In this document: positions 46,733-56,591 of the stretch, in pieces
Numbering within the stretch: position 1 is the first letter of the stretch
Layout of the letters: every line of letters starts with the position of its first letter
Position numbers and translations under genes: made by a program
DNA from: Firmicutes bacterium CAG:95
GTDB lineage: Bacteria > Bacteroidota > Bacteroidia > Bacteroidales > Paludibacteraceae
Direction of reading: 5' to 3'
DNA: 64,000 nt
NCBI GenBank assembly: GCA_963615025.1
Contig: CAVEFV010000002.1
Span: forward strand, 10,755 to 74,754
Notes under the pieces: generated by a model
What the model was told of the DNA's origin: nothing
What the model saw: only the letters and a program-made list of their open reading frames with translations
Database searches by the model: none

Positions 46733-48238
46733 ATGGGCATCATCGCTAAACAAAGTTTCAAAGGTACTGTCGTCAATTATCTTGGTGTATTCATCGGATT
46801 TCTGACGACCTTCTTTGTACTAACCCGTTTCCTATCCCCAGAGGAAATAGGACTGACACGCGTACTAATCGATGCCGCTACTATATTCATCAGTCTTGCA
46901 GGATTAGGCACTACATCCTCCATAGTCCGTTTTTACCCCTACTTCTTTGATAAAAACAACAATTGTCACGGCTTCTTCTTTCTTACAACCCTCATACCTT
47001 TCGTCGGTTTTATTCTATTCTCGTTTCTCTATTGGGCGTTACATGTCCCCATACAGCAGTTCTTTGCCGAAAAGTCACCACTGTTTGTTGACTACTATTA
47101 TTTCGTCCTGCCAATTGCCTTCTTCCTTCTATACCAAACCACATTCGAAACGCAGGCGAATGTACTGATGCGTATCGTATTCCCAAAGTTCGTACGAGAG
47201 GTATTAACCCGTATTCTACTCCTCGCCGCTTACCTACTCTATGCTTTCCGCATACTCAGTATGGACGGCTTCGTCATTGCAATATGTGCCGTCTATGCCA
47301 TCGCCGCTCTTTCCAACTTGCTCTATCTTTGTTGCATCGGCAAAATTTCATTCCGACCAGATTTCTCCTACCTAAATCGAAAAATAGTCCTGCAATGGGC
47401 AGCCTATTCCTCTTTCTTGCTCCTATCTGCCTGCGTCAGTATGTTAGGCCCGACAATAAGTGGCTTCTTCGTAACAGCAAAACTCGGACTTGATCAGACA
47501 GGCATATTTGCTATAGCCACCTATATAGCCGTCATGGTTTCTATTCCCTATCGCTCACTATCCGCCATCGTACAACCCGAATTGTCCAAAGCATCCAAAA
47601 ACAAAGATATCTTCAAACTCAATACTCTCACCAAGCAATCAGCATCAGTCATGATGTGGATCGGAGTCCTTATTCTGTCGTTAATATGGATAAACATCGA
47701 TGTCATTTTTGCCTTGCTCCCCAATGGCAGCATCTATGCTCCCGCACGATATGTAGTACTCTTGCTCGGAATAAGTAACCTTCTTACAGGAACCTTCATC
47801 CTATCTTCAACGGTACTCTCATTTTCCCCCTACTACTATCTCTCCTTATTCTTCTCTCTCTTGCTCGCAGCAGCCACTGTCACACTCAATAACTACCTCG
47901 TCCCGCTTCTCGGCATCAATGGTGCCGCCATCACCACTTGCGCATCCAATGCACTATACATCTTCGCTCTCCTGCTCTTCGTACGACTTAAACTGAAGGT
48001 ATCACTCTTCTCCAAAGCCCTTTGGAAAGTCTTCGCTCTGGCAATAGCAGGTGTATTGCTGAACGAACTGCTCACCCCTCTCCTTGCTGACTTCAACCTC
48101 TACATCAGCGCAGCCCTGCGTACAATCGTTATCGTCGGAGGTATGTTCCTCTTTTCCTATTTCGCCAGTATTGTACCGGAGATAACTACCTTCATCAATA
48201 ACTTCTGCCGCCGTCTGACATCCAAAATCCATAGATGA
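46733..48238 (+). CDS. MOP-superfamily oligosaccharide/polysaccharide flippase (Wzx-like)
   Basis: 501 aa with about 12-14 hydrophobic segments and an N-terminus SFKGTVVNYLGVFIGFLTTFFVLTRFLSPEEIGL typical of this family. Confidence 0.7.
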   Translation: MGIIAKQSFKGTVVNYLGVFIGFLTTFFVLTRFLSPEEIGLTRVLIDAATIFISLAGLGTTSSIVRFYPYFFDKNNNCHGFFFLTTLIPFVGFILFSFLYWALHVPIQQFFAEKSPLFVDYYYFVLPIAFFLLYQTTFETQANVLMRIVFPKFVREVLTRILLLAAYLLYAFRILSMDGFVIAICAVYAIAALSNLLYLCCIGKISFRPDFSYLNRKIVLQWAAYSSFLLLSACVSMLGPTISGFFVTAKLGLDQTGIFAIATYIAVMVSIPYRSLSAIVQPELSKASKNKDIFKLNTLTKQSASVMMWIGVLILSLIWINIDVIFALLPNGSIYAPARYVVLLLGISNLLTGTFILSSTVLSFSPYYYLSLFFSLLLAAATVTLNNYLVPLLGINGAAITTCASNALYIFALLLFVRLKLKVSLFSKALWKVFALAIAGVLLNELLTPLLADFNLYISAALRTIVIVGGMFLFSYFASIVPEITTFINNFCRRLTSKIHR

Positions 48239-48993
48239 TGCGCTATTTCCTCTACTTTGCATATAACGGCACCCATTTTCATGGATGGCAACGACAACCC
48301 AATGCCATCACGGTGCAAGGGGTCATGGAAGACGCGATCACTACTCTCCTGCGCCATCCGACTACCCTCACCGGTGCAGGAAGAACCGACACAGGAGTCC
48401 ATGCCGAAGCAATGGTTGCACACTTCGATACCATCGCCCCTATTGAAAGCAAACAGCAGTTTTGCAACCACCTGAACAGTATCTTGCCACCTGCTATCGC
48501 AGTCCGCCAACTCCGTACGGTCCAACCTGGCGCACACGCACGGTTCGACGCCCTCTCCCGAAAGTACGAGTATCGAACAACTATGCAGAAAGACCCCTTC
48601 CTCACGGAACTGACCACACGCATACCTGCTAATCTCGACTTCCAAACGATGAATATCGCAGCCGATCGCCTGCTTCTGCAAACCGACTTCGCCTCCTTCT
48701 GCAAACTGCATACCGATGTCAAAACAACCATCTGCCATCTCTCGCAAGCACAATGGATACAGAGCAACGGACAATGGATCTTCCACATCCGAGCCGACCG
48801 CTTCCTGCGGAACATGGTGCGCGCTATCGTCGGCACAATGTTCGACATAGGCAGCGGACGGACTTCCCTTTCGCAATTCGAGGAAATACTTGCAGCCGCC
48901 CATCGTACTGCAGCAGGAATGTCTGCACCTGCGCAAGGACTTTTCCTCACCGATGTAACCTATCCCGATACAATCTTCTCCCCCGAAGACTGA
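48235..48993 (+). CDS. truA: tRNA pseudouridine(38-40) synthase TruA
   Basis: 252 aa. YNGTHFHGWQRQ and catalytic GAGRTDTGVHA. ATGA overlap with the upstream gene. Confidence 0.94.
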   Translation: MMRYFLYFAYNGTHFHGWQRQPNAITVQGVMEDAITTLLRHPTTLTGAGRTDTGVHAEAMVAHFDTIAPIESKQQFCNHLNSILPPAIAVRQLRTVQPGAHARFDALSRKYEYRTTMQKDPFLTELTTRIPANLDFQTMNIAADRLLLQTDFASFCKLHTDVKTTICHLSQAQWIQSNGQWIFHIRADRFLRNMVRAIVGTMFDIGSGRTSLSQFEEILAAAHRTAAGMSAPAQGLFLTDVTYPDTIFSPED

Positions 48994-49150
48994 TCTTTCA
49001 CCCCACCACCAATTCCCACGAACACCATGCAGGTAAACAGATGCTTGCTGACGGCTGTTTTCCCCCTTTTTTCTCCCTATTTCCTACCTCCTTTGCCAAT
49101 TCATTGTATTAAAGTGGCAAATAATACACGCTACCCCAAAAGCAATAACC

Positions 49151-49158
49151 TACCTTTG
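49151..49158 (+). promoter_or_regulatory. -7 promoter box TACCTTTG for the GH28 gene
   Basis: Exact TAnnTTTG, 42 nt upstream of the ATG at 49200. It lies only 12 nt from the 49170 ATG, which favours the 49200 start. Confidence 0.5.
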
Positions 49159-49199
49159 CCACCGTATAAATGTTTATTTTTGTTACCACTTTTAATGCA

Positions 49200-50744
49200 A
49201 TGATGAAAACACTCCTTCCGACACTCTTGTCCGTCTTGATACTGCTTTCTTCATGTCAAGAACATTCTACTTATCAGCAAATTACGCAGCAACAAGTAAA
49301 CAATATCCTTGCTTCTGCATCTATGAATATGCCCGCCATCACGCTGCCTGCTATCCCCGATCGAACCTTCAATGTACTGGATTACGGGGCAAACAACGAC
49401 GGCTCCGAACTGTCCACTGAGGCAATCCAGTCCGCCATCGATAGGGCAGGCGAGGCAGGCGGAGGCACAGTCATCATCCCCGCAGGGGTGTACCTTACAG
49501 GTCCCATCGTCCTGCGCTCCAACATCCGTCTGTATGCCGAGCAAAATGCCTTGGTCATCTTTTCCTCCGACTTTTCGCTCTACCCCATAGTCGATGCCAT
49601 CTTCGAAGGGGTCGATACCAAGCGTTGTCAATCCCCCATCAGTGCTTCCAATGCCGAGAATATCGCCATCTGCGGACAAGGCACCTTCGATGCTTCCGGC
49701 GATGCATGGCGACCACTACGGCGCGCTAAGGCTACCGCCAAACAGTGGAAAAAACAAGTAGAGTGTGGCGGTGTCGTGTCCGAAGATGGTAAGACCTGGT
49801 ACCCCGACGAGAATGCCCTGTATGCACAGACCCTCTGTGTCGATCAGAATGTGCCGGTTAATGTCCCCAATTGGGATTCCATACAGTCCTTTCTCCGTCC
49901 CGTACTGCTCAACTTCGTCAACTGTAAGAACATCCTTCTGGAAGGCGTATGCTTCGAGAACTCGCCCGCATGGAACCTACACCCCCTCATGTGCGAGAAC
50001 CTTGTACTCAACAATCTCACAGTACGCAATCCGTGGTATTCTCAAAACGGAGACGGAGTCGATGTCGAATCATGCACGAATGTACTCATCAACCATTGCG
50101 TATTCGATGTGGGCGACGATGCTATCTGCATGAAATCCGGTAAGAACGAAGACGGTCGCCGTCGCGCTATGCCTACCGAGAATGTCCTTATCAAAGCCTG
50201 TACGGTTTACCACGGGCATGGAGGCTTTGTCGTAGGAAGCGAAATGTCCGGCGATGTGCGCAAGATAGAGGTGTCCGACTGCCTGTTCATCGGTACCGAT
50301 GTGGGTCTGCGCTTCAAATCTACTCGTGGCAGAGGAGGTGTTGTAGAGGATATTTACATCAAGAATATCAATATGGCAGCCATCGAAAACGATGCCCTTA
50401 CCTTCGACCTCTTCTATGGAGGCAAAGGGGTAGGGGAGGAATCCGACAAAGAAATAGCCGAGCGTATGGCTGCACAAGTTCCAGCCGTCACCGAAGAAAC
50501 ACCTGTATTCCGCAACATAACCATTCAAGATGTGATCTGCAAAGGAGCCGACAGGGCAATCTACTTCAATGGCTTACCCGAGATGAAGATACAGAATGTC
50601 TCTTTGAGCAATATCCGTATGACCGCACAACAAGGGGCTATCTTCCGATATACCAACGGGCTGACACTCAACAATGTCCTCATTCATGCTACCGAAGGAC
50701 AAGACATGGAATTTGTAGAGGTTGATAATGTCGTGCAAGACTAA
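49200..50744 (+). CDS. glycoside hydrolase family 28 (polygalacturonase-like) lipoprotein
   Basis: MMKTLLPTLLSVLILLSSC lipobox. GH28 motifs NGDGVDVES, GDDAICMKSG, GHGGFVVGSE and RFKSTRGRGG. Confidence 0.9.
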   Translation: MMKTLLPTLLSVLILLSSCQEHSTYQQITQQQVNNILASASMNMPAITLPAIPDRTFNVLDYGANNDGSELSTEAIQSAIDRAGEAGGGTVIIPAGVYLTGPIVLRSNIRLYAEQNALVIFSSDFSLYPIVDAIFEGVDTKRCQSPISASNAENIAICGQGTFDASGDAWRPLRRAKATAKQWKKQVECGGVVSEDGKTWYPDENALYAQTLCVDQNVPVNVPNWDSIQSFLRPVLLNFVNCKNILLEGVCFENSPAWNLHPLMCENLVLNNLTVRNPWYSQNGDGVDVESCTNVLINHCVFDVGDDAICMKSGKNEDGRRRAMPTENVLIKACTVYHGHGGFVVGSEMSGDVRKIEVSDCLFIGTDVGLRFKSTRGRGGVVEDIYIKNINMAAIENDALTFDLFYGGKGVGEESDKEIAERMAAQVPAVTEETPVFRNITIQDVICKGADRAIYFNGLPEMKIQNVSLSNIRMTAQQGAIFRYTNGLTLNNVLIHATEGQDMEFVEVDNVVQD

Positions 50745-52017
50745 ATTCATAACCCACCTCATCGCACTTGCTGCACTGTGCCTGTCCATGCCTGCCATCC
50801 AAGCACAGACTCCTCTGCCGTGTGCCTCCCTGCAAGGCAATAGCCCCGTCACGCTCGCCTGTTGCCCCGTTATCATCCCCCTCGATAGTCTCTCTCAAAT
50901 ACCTGTCGGGCAGCGGAACAATCTTGTCGTCTTTGTCAACGGCAACGAAGTGCCATCGCAATGCGACGATACCAATGGCGATAACATCCCTGACGAAATA
51001 GCCTTCCTGCTCTCGCTCCATAAGAACCAACCCTACACCATCCAAATACAGGCAACAGAGGACAAAACTTACTACCCCGCTCTTGTCTGGGCGGAGATGT
51101 ATCGCAAAGGCAATATCGGTGGCGAATATCGCCAACACACCGCCGAAGGAAAAACCTACGGCATCAAACCCGTAACGCAACAGACGTTCTACCCCGCCGA
51201 TAAGTCCTTCCGACTCATGCACCACCACGGAGTAGCCTTCGAGTCCGAACTCATGGCGTACCGTATTTACTTCGACGCACGCCAAACCATCGATGTCTAT
51301 GCCAAACGCCATCCCCAATTGGAACTTCAACAATCCCTTTGGTATCCCGACGATAGCCTGCTCGCTCTCGGCTATGGCGACGATGTACTCAAAGTCGCAA
51401 ACACCATCGGAGTAGGTTCAGTCCGTCCCTGTCAAGGAAATAAACTGCAAAAGATAGAACCCTTTACCTCTCGCACACAGCGTATCATCGCCAATGGTCC
51501 CGTTCGCACAATAGTCGAGGTCGAAGTCAATGGATGGCAGCCCCGACCTGCCTCTCCCGATGCACTCACCATGCGGGTACGCTACACCCTTTTTGCGCAC
51601 CACCGCGATGTCTTCTGCGAGGTGTTCCTTTCCGATACCCTCTCCTCCTTGGTCAGCGGCGTACAGCGTGTCGGGGAAGGGGAATATCGTTATCTGAACC
51701 GTTCCGTCGCCTCGTGGGGTACCGACTGGCCTGTCAACGATACCGTCAAATACCCAAAAGAAACAGTCGGGCTTGCCGTCTGTGTACCCCAAGAATACTA
51801 TTGCGGTCAGGTTGTCAACCGGCATAATGCCCTCATCCGATTCCAACCCTCCCGCTATCTGTGCTTCCACCTCACCGTCGTAAGCCAAAAAGAAAACACC
51901 CCGCCTGCTGCTTCGTCCCGACAGTTTTGGCACTTCGTCAAGCAATGGGAAAAACAACTGTCCCGCGAGCAGACACTCCGACGCCAACTCCTGTCCACTC
52001 ACCATCCCGCTCCCTGA
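50722..52017 (+). CDS. secreted protein, DUF4861-like (pectin-utilisation context)
   Basis: 431 aa with a signal peptide. Overlaps the GH28 stop by 23 nt. The family call is from memory of DUF4861 neighbours of GH28 genes. Confidence 0.5.
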   Translation: MIMSCKTKFITHLIALAALCLSMPAIQAQTPLPCASLQGNSPVTLACCPVIIPLDSLSQIPVGQRNNLVVFVNGNEVPSQCDDTNGDNIPDEIAFLLSLHKNQPYTIQIQATEDKTYYPALVWAEMYRKGNIGGEYRQHTAEGKTYGIKPVTQQTFYPADKSFRLMHHHGVAFESELMAYRIYFDARQTIDVYAKRHPQLELQQSLWYPDDSLLALGYGDDVLKVANTIGVGSVRPCQGNKLQKIEPFTSRTQRIIANGPVRTIVEVEVNGWQPRPASPDALTMRVRYTLFAHHRDVFCEVFLSDTLSSLVSGVQRVGEGEYRYLNRSVASWGTDWPVNDTVKYPKETVGLAVCVPQEYYCGQVVNRHNALIRFQPSRYLCFHLTVVSQKENTPPAASSRQFWHFVKQWEKQLSREQTLRRQLLSTHHPAP

Positions 52018-52070
52018 CAACTCCTTTCCCGTAAGACAATAGAAAGTTAAAGACTCTAAATCTCCAACCT

Positions 52071-52150
52071 ACCCAAAAGCATACCTGTTCAAACCCAAAA
52101 CGACAAACTCACCATCCGTCAAGCCCGATAAATACTGCCTATTTCGAAGG
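52071..52150 (+). repeat. conserved core of the modular element, locus 5
   Basis: Reverse complement is 73/80 identical to 35415-35494. Confidence 0.9.
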
Positions 52151-52202
52151 TTTTATATAGGATGAATATAGGATGAATATAAGACGAATATAAGATGAGT
52201 AT
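52148..52202 (+). repeat. 11-bp tandem array, locus 5 (5 units)
   Basis: Units in order: AGGTTTTATAT, AGGATGAATAT, AGGATGAATAT, AAGACGAATAT, AAGATGAGTAT. Confidence 0.9.
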
Positions 52203-52421
52203 AGAAACAACATAGAAAAACCCTCAAAACGCACTACAAAACAGGCAAAACAAAAATACAACAATCATTCGTAACCCAATAGTCATATCTTAATAATTGT
52301 TCCTATAAAAACGACAACAAAATACTTTTTTCCTCTCTCACCCCAATCGGATATATACCTCCTAAACGCTTTTTTCCTACCTTTCCCATTCCGCCATCTT
52401 GTGTAACTTAATTAAATGTCG

Positions 52422-52429
52422 TATCTTTG
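52422..52429 (+). promoter_or_regulatory. -7 promoter box TATCTTTG for lepA
   Basis: Exact TAnnTTTG, 30 nt upstream of the ATG at 52459. Confidence 0.55.
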
Positions 52430-52458
52430 CCATTGATTTATAATCTGCTCTCCGTAGT

Positions 52459-54234
52459 ATGAAAAATATACGAAACTTCTGTATCATAGCCCACATCGAC
52501 CATGGCAAGTCCACACTGGCTGACAGGTTGCTGGAATATACCCATACAATCGAACAGAAAGATATGGAAAACCAGGTGCTTGATGATATGGACCTTGAAC
52601 GGGAGAGGGGAATAACCATAAAGAGCCACGCCATTCAAATGCAATACAATGGCTACACGCTCAATCTGATTGACACACCGGGACATGTCGACTTCTCTTA
52701 TGAAGTAAGCCGATCAATAGCCGCCTGCGAAGGTGCATTATTGATTGTAGATGCCTCGCAGGGAGTACAAGCACAAACAATAAGCAACCTCTATATGGCA
52801 CTCGAACATGACCTTGAAATCATACCCGTCATAAACAAGTGCGATATGGATTCCGCGATGCCCGATATGGTCGAAGACGAAATAATCGACCTCTTGGGGT
52901 GCAAACGCGAGGAAATTATCAGAGCCTCCGGACGAACGGGAATGGGAGTTCCCGAAATACTCGATGCCATTATCGAGCGTATTCCCGCACCGCACGGAGA
53001 CCCGTCAGCACCACTACAGTGCCTCGTATTTGATTCGGTATTCAATCCTTTTCGGGGTATCATTGCATACTTCAAAATAGTAAACGGCACGCTGCATTCA
53101 GGCGACCGGGTTCGTTTCTTCAACACCGAAAAAGAATACGATGCAGATGAGATTGGAGTACTCAAACTCAATATGCAACCTACCCGCGAACTATCGGCTG
53201 GCAATGTCGGATACATCATCAGCGGAATAAAAAACTCAACCGAAGTAAAGGTCGGCGACACAATTACCCATGTCAATCGCCCATGCAACGAGGCAATCGC
53301 AGGATTCGAAGAAGTCAAACCTATGGTTTTCGCGGGAGTCTATCCTATCGAAACCGAAGATTTCGAGAACCTTCGAGCAAGCCTCGAGAAACTGCAACTT
53401 AACGACGCATCACTCACCTTCACACCCGAATCGTCTGTCGCTCTCGGCTTCGGCTTCCGATGCGGCTTCCTCGGACTACTCCACATGGAGATAGTACAGG
53501 AACGATTAGATCGCGAGTTCGATATGAATGTTATCACTACAGTACCCAATGTCAGTTATCTAATCTACGACAAACAAGGCGAAGTCAAAGAAGTGCATAA
53601 CCCTGCAGGAATGCCAGACCAGACACTCATCGACCATATAGAAGAACCCTATATCAGGGCATCCATCATCACTACTACCAACTTCATCGGACCTATCATG
53701 ACGCTTTGTCTCGAAAAACGAGGCGAACTCATCAAACAAGAATATATCACTGGTAATCGGGTGGAGATATACTTTGACTTGCCGCTCGGAGAAATAGTCA
53801 TCGACTTCTACGACAAACTCAAATCCATATCCAAAGGATATGCCTCATTCGACTATCACCCCAACGGCTACCGACCCTCAAAACTTGTCAAACTCGATAT
53901 ACTACTAAACGGAGAGCCTGTTGACGCACTCTCTACACTTACCCATCAGGATAATGCAGTGGACTTCGGACGACGGATGTGCGAGAAACTCAAGGAACTA
54001 CTACCTCGCCAACAGTTCGATATCGCAATACAGGCTGCTATCGGTGCCAAAATTATTGCAAGGGAAACAGTAAAGCAAGTCCGAAAAGATGTATTGGCTA
54101 AATGCTACGGAGGAGATGTAAGCCGCAAACGCAAACTGTTGGAAAAGCAAAAGAAAGGCAAGAAGAGAATGAAGCAAATCGGTAATGTAGAGGTACCACA
54201 AAAAGCCTTCCTCGCTGTACTCAAATTAGACTAA
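52459..54234 (+). CDS. lepA: translation elongation factor 4 (LepA)
   Basis: 591 aa. [23 protein letters not shown]1 motif, [12 protein letters not shown] and the LepA C-terminal domain. Confidence 0.97.
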   Translation: MKNIRNFCIIAHIDHGKSTLADRLLEYTHTIEQKDMENQVLDDMDLERERGITIKSHAIQMQYNGYTLNLIDTPGHVDFSYEVSRSIAACEGALLIVDASQGVQAQTISNLYMALEHDLEIIPVINKCDMDSAMPDMVEDEIIDLLGCKREEIIRASGRTGMGVPEILDAIIERIPAPHGDPSAPLQCLVFDSVFNPFRGIIAYFKIVNGTLHSGDRVRFFNTEKEYDADEIGVLKLNMQPTRELSAGNVGYIISGIKNSTEVKVGDTITHVNRPCNEAIAGFEEVKPMVFAGVYPIETEDFENLRASLEKLQLNDASLTFTPESSVALGFGFRCGFLGLLHMEIVQERLDREFDMNVITTVPNVSYLIYDKQGEVKEVHNPAGMPDQTLIDHIEEPYIRASIITTTNFIGPIMTLCLEKRGELIKQEYITGNRVEIYFDLPLGEIVIDFYDKLKSISKGYASFDYHPNGYRPSKLVKLDILLNGEPVDALSTLTHQDNAVDFGRRMCEKLKELLPRQQFDIAIQAAIGAKIIARETVKQVRKDVLAKCYGGDVSRKRKLLEKQKKGKKRMKQIGNVEVPQKAFLAVLKLD

Positions 54235-54279
54235 CCCAATTTTTATAATTATATTAACTACTAATTATTTACGCGTAAT

Positions 54280-55599
54280 ATGGAACAGATTGTGCATAGC
54301 GCATATAGCATGATACCTTTCTGCCTCATGCTGCTTATGATCGCTATTGGTCCACTCGTAGTGGAAAAGTTCTGGGAGAAAAATGTAAACAAACTCATTG
54401 TATCCCTCTTGTTGGGTGTCCCGACTGCCGTATGCCTCATCATCGGAGGAATGGCGGACAAATTAGAACACCAAATACTATTTGATTACATCCCATTCAT
54501 TATCTTGCTGCTTGCTCTATTTGTCATCACAGGAGGTATCCACCTCTCTGGAGACATCAAAGCAAAACCATGGGTCAATACTGCATTCTTGGCTATAGGT
54601 TGGATTCTCGCAAGTATAATGGGGACAACAGGTGCGGCAATGCTTATGATTCGCCCGCTCATAACTACCAACCAGCAACGAAAATACTCCGTCCATACTA
54701 TCCTGTTCTTTATTGCATTGGTGGCTAACTGTGGCGGATTGCTTACTCCGCTCGGAGATCCTCCATTGTTCATGCTATTCTTGCGCGGAGCAGAATTTAC
54801 GTGGTTCCTGCAACTGATACCCGAATGGGCATTCACGGGGCTACTGCTTCTATTCATATACTTTTGCATGGATAGTTATTACTACAAGAAAGAACATTGG
54901 ACAGCCCTCTCTGCCGACGCACGCGAACGAGTGCCGATGAGAATAGGAGGCAAAATCAATTTTATCTACCTGCTTGGTGTCATACTCAGCGTTGCTTTCA
55001 TCAACGTAGGCTATATACCGCAAATGGGAGAGGAAAACGCACCGCTATGGATCAAATATCTACGCGAGATCGTACTGCTTTCGCTCACATTCCTAAGCCT
55101 CTACACAACAAAAAGAAAAGTACGCTATGAACTCAACAAATATTCTTGGTCACCTATTATTGAGGTCGCCGTACTGTTCTTAGGCATATTCACTACCATG
55201 ACCCCTGCTTTGGCATACCTCAATGCTCACGCAGCAGACCTTGGATTCTCCCACACATGGCAGTTCTACTACTCAACAGGCGCATTATCCTCTTTCTTGG
55301 ATAATACACCTACAGCAGTCGCATTCTACGAGGTCGCTAAAGGATTAACACCCGAACAAATGGCACTGTTCGGTGAAACAATGGTCGCAGGTATCCCCGA
55401 AATACTACTTAAAGCCATATCACTTGGTGCAGTTATGTTCGGTTCTATGACCTACATAGGAAATGGTCCGAACTTTATGGTGAAGGCTATAGCAGAAGAG
55501 AACGGAATTAAAATGCCGTCATTCTTTGGATATATGTTCAAGTTCTCTCTCATCATCCTGCTACCTGTCTATATTCTCGTACAATTAATATTCCTATAA
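54280..55599 (+). CDS. ArsB/NhaD-superfamily ion transporter (often annotated sodium:proton antiporter)
   Basis: 439 aa and polytopic. The N-terminus IPFCLMLLMIAIGPLVVEKFWEKN resembles this family. Confidence 0.6.
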   Translation: MEQIVHSAYSMIPFCLMLLMIAIGPLVVEKFWEKNVNKLIVSLLLGVPTAVCLIIGGMADKLEHQILFDYIPFIILLLALFVITGGIHLSGDIKAKPWVNTAFLAIGWILASIMGTTGAAMLMIRPLITTNQQRKYSVHTILFFIALVANCGGLLTPLGDPPLFMLFLRGAEFTWFLQLIPEWAFTGLLLLFIYFCMDSYYYKKEHWTALSADARERVPMRIGGKINFIYLLGVILSVAFINVGYIPQMGEENAPLWIKYLREIVLLSLTFLSLYTTKRKVRYELNKYSWSPIIEVAVLFLGIFTTMTPALAYLNAHAADLGFSHTWQFYYSTGALSSFLDNTPTAVAFYEVAKGLTPEQMALFGETMVAGIPEILLKAISLGAVMFGSMTYIGNGPNFMVKAIAEENGIKMPSFFGYMFKFSLIILLPVYILVQLIFL

Positions 55600-55606
55600 A
55601 TCGGTT

Positions 55607-56587
55607 ATGGAGGAAAAGAAGAATAACGATATGAATCTATTCGACCTTATAGTACTCTGTTGTAAGGCTATCGGTAAACTGTTTCGTTACTGCGGTCATT
55701 TCATTAAGGAGATGCTACGCTTGTCCTATCGTCGTTGGTATATCGTTCTGCCTGTTATCCTCTTGGGGATAGCAGTGGCACTCTATTGGGCAAGACCGAC
55801 CAACAGAATGTACAAAGCAGGAACAATGGTACATCTCAACGGCGTTCAAGCAAACGATGTCAAACAACAATGGGCTGCACTATGCAAGGCAACGCCTGCC
55901 TGTATCTCTCAACAACAATCAGTAGCGCAACTGCTGCAAATCGACGAATCAGCAGCATTCGGACTAAGTAACTTCCGGTGCTTTAATGTAATCGATTGCA
56001 AACGCGACTCACTACCTGACTTTGTCGATTTCAAAGAGAAACACAGCCTGTCCGACACCGTAGATGTCGTTATGGACAACTATCTCTACTTGCAGTTCCG
56101 CACAAAGGACCCGCAAAATGCAGTCGAAATAGGAAAGGCAACCATTGCATACCTCAATAGCAGTTCGTTGATGCAAAATGCTTTTGGCAACTATCGGAAA
56201 ACATTGCAACAAAAAGTGCTGTTCTGTCAACAACAGATAGAGATGATGGATTCAATCACACGAAACTTCTATTTCCAACACACACCCGATAAGCAATACA
56301 TCTATCAAGGAGGTTCCTCTATCCTTATCGGAAGAAGAGAAATTCGTATGTTGCACCCGCAAATACTAACCCTTATGGATAATGCAATAAAAGACCAATA
56401 TCTCTACAGCATAGCACAAGCACCGGTAGTACCTGTCGCCGACTTCACTATTTCACCCATTGCAGTAAACGGACCTATACGCTGTTCTATCTGGGGTATA
56501 ATCGTGGGTTATCTCATAGGCTGCCTCCTGGCTCTGATCGTCGAACGACGCAAGGCCATTCATGCTTGGCTGAGCAGGAAAGAGTAA
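55607..56587 (+). CDS. hypothetical bitopic membrane protein with Wzz/PCP-like topology
   Basis: 326 aa. TM segments lie near aa 44-62 (WYIVLPVILLGIAVALYWA) and aa 291-312 (IRCSIWGIIVGYLIGCLLALIV), flanking a ~230-aa soluble domain. Confidence 0.6.
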   Translation: MEEKKNNDMNLFDLIVLCCKAIGKLFRYCGHFIKEMLRLSYRRWYIVLPVILLGIAVALYWARPTNRMYKAGTMVHLNGVQANDVKQQWAALCKATPACISQQQSVAQLLQIDESAAFGLSNFRCFNVIDCKRDSLPDFVDFKEKHSLSDTVDVVMDNYLYLQFRTKDPQNAVEIGKATIAYLNSSSLMQNAFGNYRKTLQQKVLFCQQQIEMMDSITRNFYFQHTPDKQYIYQGGSSILIGRREIRMLHPQILTLMDNAIKDQYLYSIAQAPVVPVADFTISPIAVNGPIRCSIWGIIVGYLIGCLLALIVERRKAIHAWLSRKE

Positions 56588-56591
56588 TATA

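Noticed and set aside
48157-48950. Long antisense ORFs (259 and 223 aa) opposite truA. Similar antisense ORFs lie at 51418-52020, 50689-51333, 14003-14527, 37212-37790, 37928-38575 and 38753-39331.
   Set aside because: Each lies entirely within a gene with clear family motifs on the other strand. Their translations are low-complexity and Arg/Cys/His-rich, as is typical of antisense frames in GC-richer genes.
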